Of a stretch of DNA of 64,000 nucleotides, positions 63,371-64,000 are shown in pieces. The translations under genes were made by a program, and so were the position numbers. Every line of letters begins with the position of its first letter. Position 1 is the stretch's first letter. Source of the DNA: Desulfurococcales archaeon. GTDB taxonomy: Archaea > Thermoproteota > Thermoprotei_A > Sulfolobales > WANQ01. The stretch is from NCBI GenBank assembly GCA_027030065.1, contig JALVFK010000109.1, positions 13,572 to 77,571 on the forward strand. The letters run 5' to 3'. The notes under the pieces are model-generated. The model made no database searches and was not told where the DNA came from. It saw nothing but the letters and a program-made list of their open reading frames with translations.

Positions 63371-64000
63371 GACATAGTGGTTTTCAAGGATATAAGCGGT
63401 ACCTTGAGCTCGGGAGGATCTATTACTTCTCTTACTCCCGGCTTAGGTGGATTGGAGTAAACTATAGTTGCTGTCTTAGGCGAACTTATGTTAAAGACTA
63501 TATCGCGGCTATAGGCTCTCCACGTATGTTCCTCATAATATAGTTTCAATGGGTTTGCCTCCAATAGTATCTTAGATAACGTTACCCATTCGCGAGCCTT
63601 ATTATGTGCTTTAACTCTTACTAGAGCTAGCCCGACATCTAGTTCGTCTAGAGCACTCTCTTTTGTGAAGAATATTTTTGATGAGGCATACCTAGCTACG
63701 ATGCCGGCTCCTCCCGGAATACTTGTCTCTATTGGACCATATAGTGTATATTTTACCTTACCTACATTGAATACATCTATCAGTGAGTAGTAATTATGTT
63801 TCGCTGAAAGTACTGCTAAATCAACCGGCATTAATAGATAGTATTCTACTTGTTCTCCGGGAGCCAGCGTTATTTTTTCATTGTATTCTATTAGAATACT
63901 TGTAGTTATCTTTTTGGGTAGTAGAACCGGGTAGAGGGGTTGAAGTATTATTTTCTCGGATCCTACTATTCTAGTCTTCTTTTCTCCAATAACATTATAC
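63358..64000 (-). CDS. hypothetical protein, 5'-truncated by the window edge
   Basis: By hand translation the minus-strand frame stays open beyond the track's ATG at 63831 up to base 63999 (...YNVIGEKKTRIVGSEKIILQPLYPVLLPKKITTSILIEYNEKITLAPGEQVEYYLLMPVDLAV...). The family was not recognised. Confidence 0.55.
   Translation of the reverse strand, partial: YNVIGEKKTRIVGSEKIILQPLYPVLLPKKITTSILIEYNEKITLAPGEQVEYYLLMPVDLAVLSAKHNYYSLIDVFNVGKVKYTLYGPIETSIPGGAGIVARYASSKIFFTKESALDELDVGLALVRVKAHNKAREWVTLSKILLEANPLKLYYEEHTWRAYSRDIVFNISSPKTATIVYSNPPKPGVREVIDPPELKVPLISLKTTMSWGL

Noticed and set aside
1-64000. tRNA, rRNA, CRISPR arrays, IS or transposase and integrase genes
   Set aside because: No intergenic gap exceeds about 250 nt. 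None of the gaps is GC-rich or cloverleaf-like, as hyperthermophile tRNAs are. I saw no regular repeat-spacer pattern and no transposase or integrase motifs in any ORF.

Overview
This is a densely coding, AT-rich stretch of archaeal chromosome, about 64 CDS with gaps mostly under 200 nt. The proteins look hyperthermophile-like. GGTGAT/GAGGTG Shine-Dalgarno motifs, AT-rich TATA-like promoters and frequent GTG/TTG starts suggest a crenarchaeon, possibly Desulfurococcales-like. The organism cannot be named without a database search. I saw no rRNA, tRNA, CRISPR array, IS element or integrase. All protein calls rest on motifs I recognised by eye in the supplied translations; no search was run. Layout: (1) 0.3-8.3 kb holds housekeeping and miscellaneous genes: AIM24/DUF124, DUF1028, an 8xCBS protein, Hel308 helicase and a hexapeptide transferase. 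(2) 8.3-26.7 kb is an accessory cell-surface island built around a type IV filament core. It has a FlaI/PilB-like ATPase, a PilC/TadC/FlaJ-like platform protein and four ORFs with class III prepilin-type signals, one of them about 783 aa. It also has an 810-aa sequon-rich anchored protein inside the core operon, a very AT-rich glycosylation module (GT2, GT2 and an 894-aa polytopic protein) and two more anchored or secreted proteins. This island is my best candidate for an undescribed system. (3) 26.8-33.2 kb holds two paralogous small acidic proteins flanking an MBL hydrolase, a two-domain KaiC-like ATPase, a protein with a Bud32/RIO-like kinase C-terminus, and membrane proteins. (4) 33.3-39.2 kb holds MeaB, PGI/PMI and a 1261-aa GH57 enzyme with an internal two-helix membrane hairpin. 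(5) 41-45.5 kb holds a Na+-translocating methylmalonyl-CoA decarboxylase, and 59.8-62.4 kb holds the mutase and epimerase genes. (6) 45.5-59.8 kb is a mixed set of metabolic and regulatory genes. It includes a full-length 2-hydroxyacid dehydrogenase ORF with no canonical start codon, which the ORF track truncates to 134 aa. Next to it is a small DUF4258 gene bracketed by a 13-bp direct repeat. Several exact palindromes lie in divergent promoter regions.
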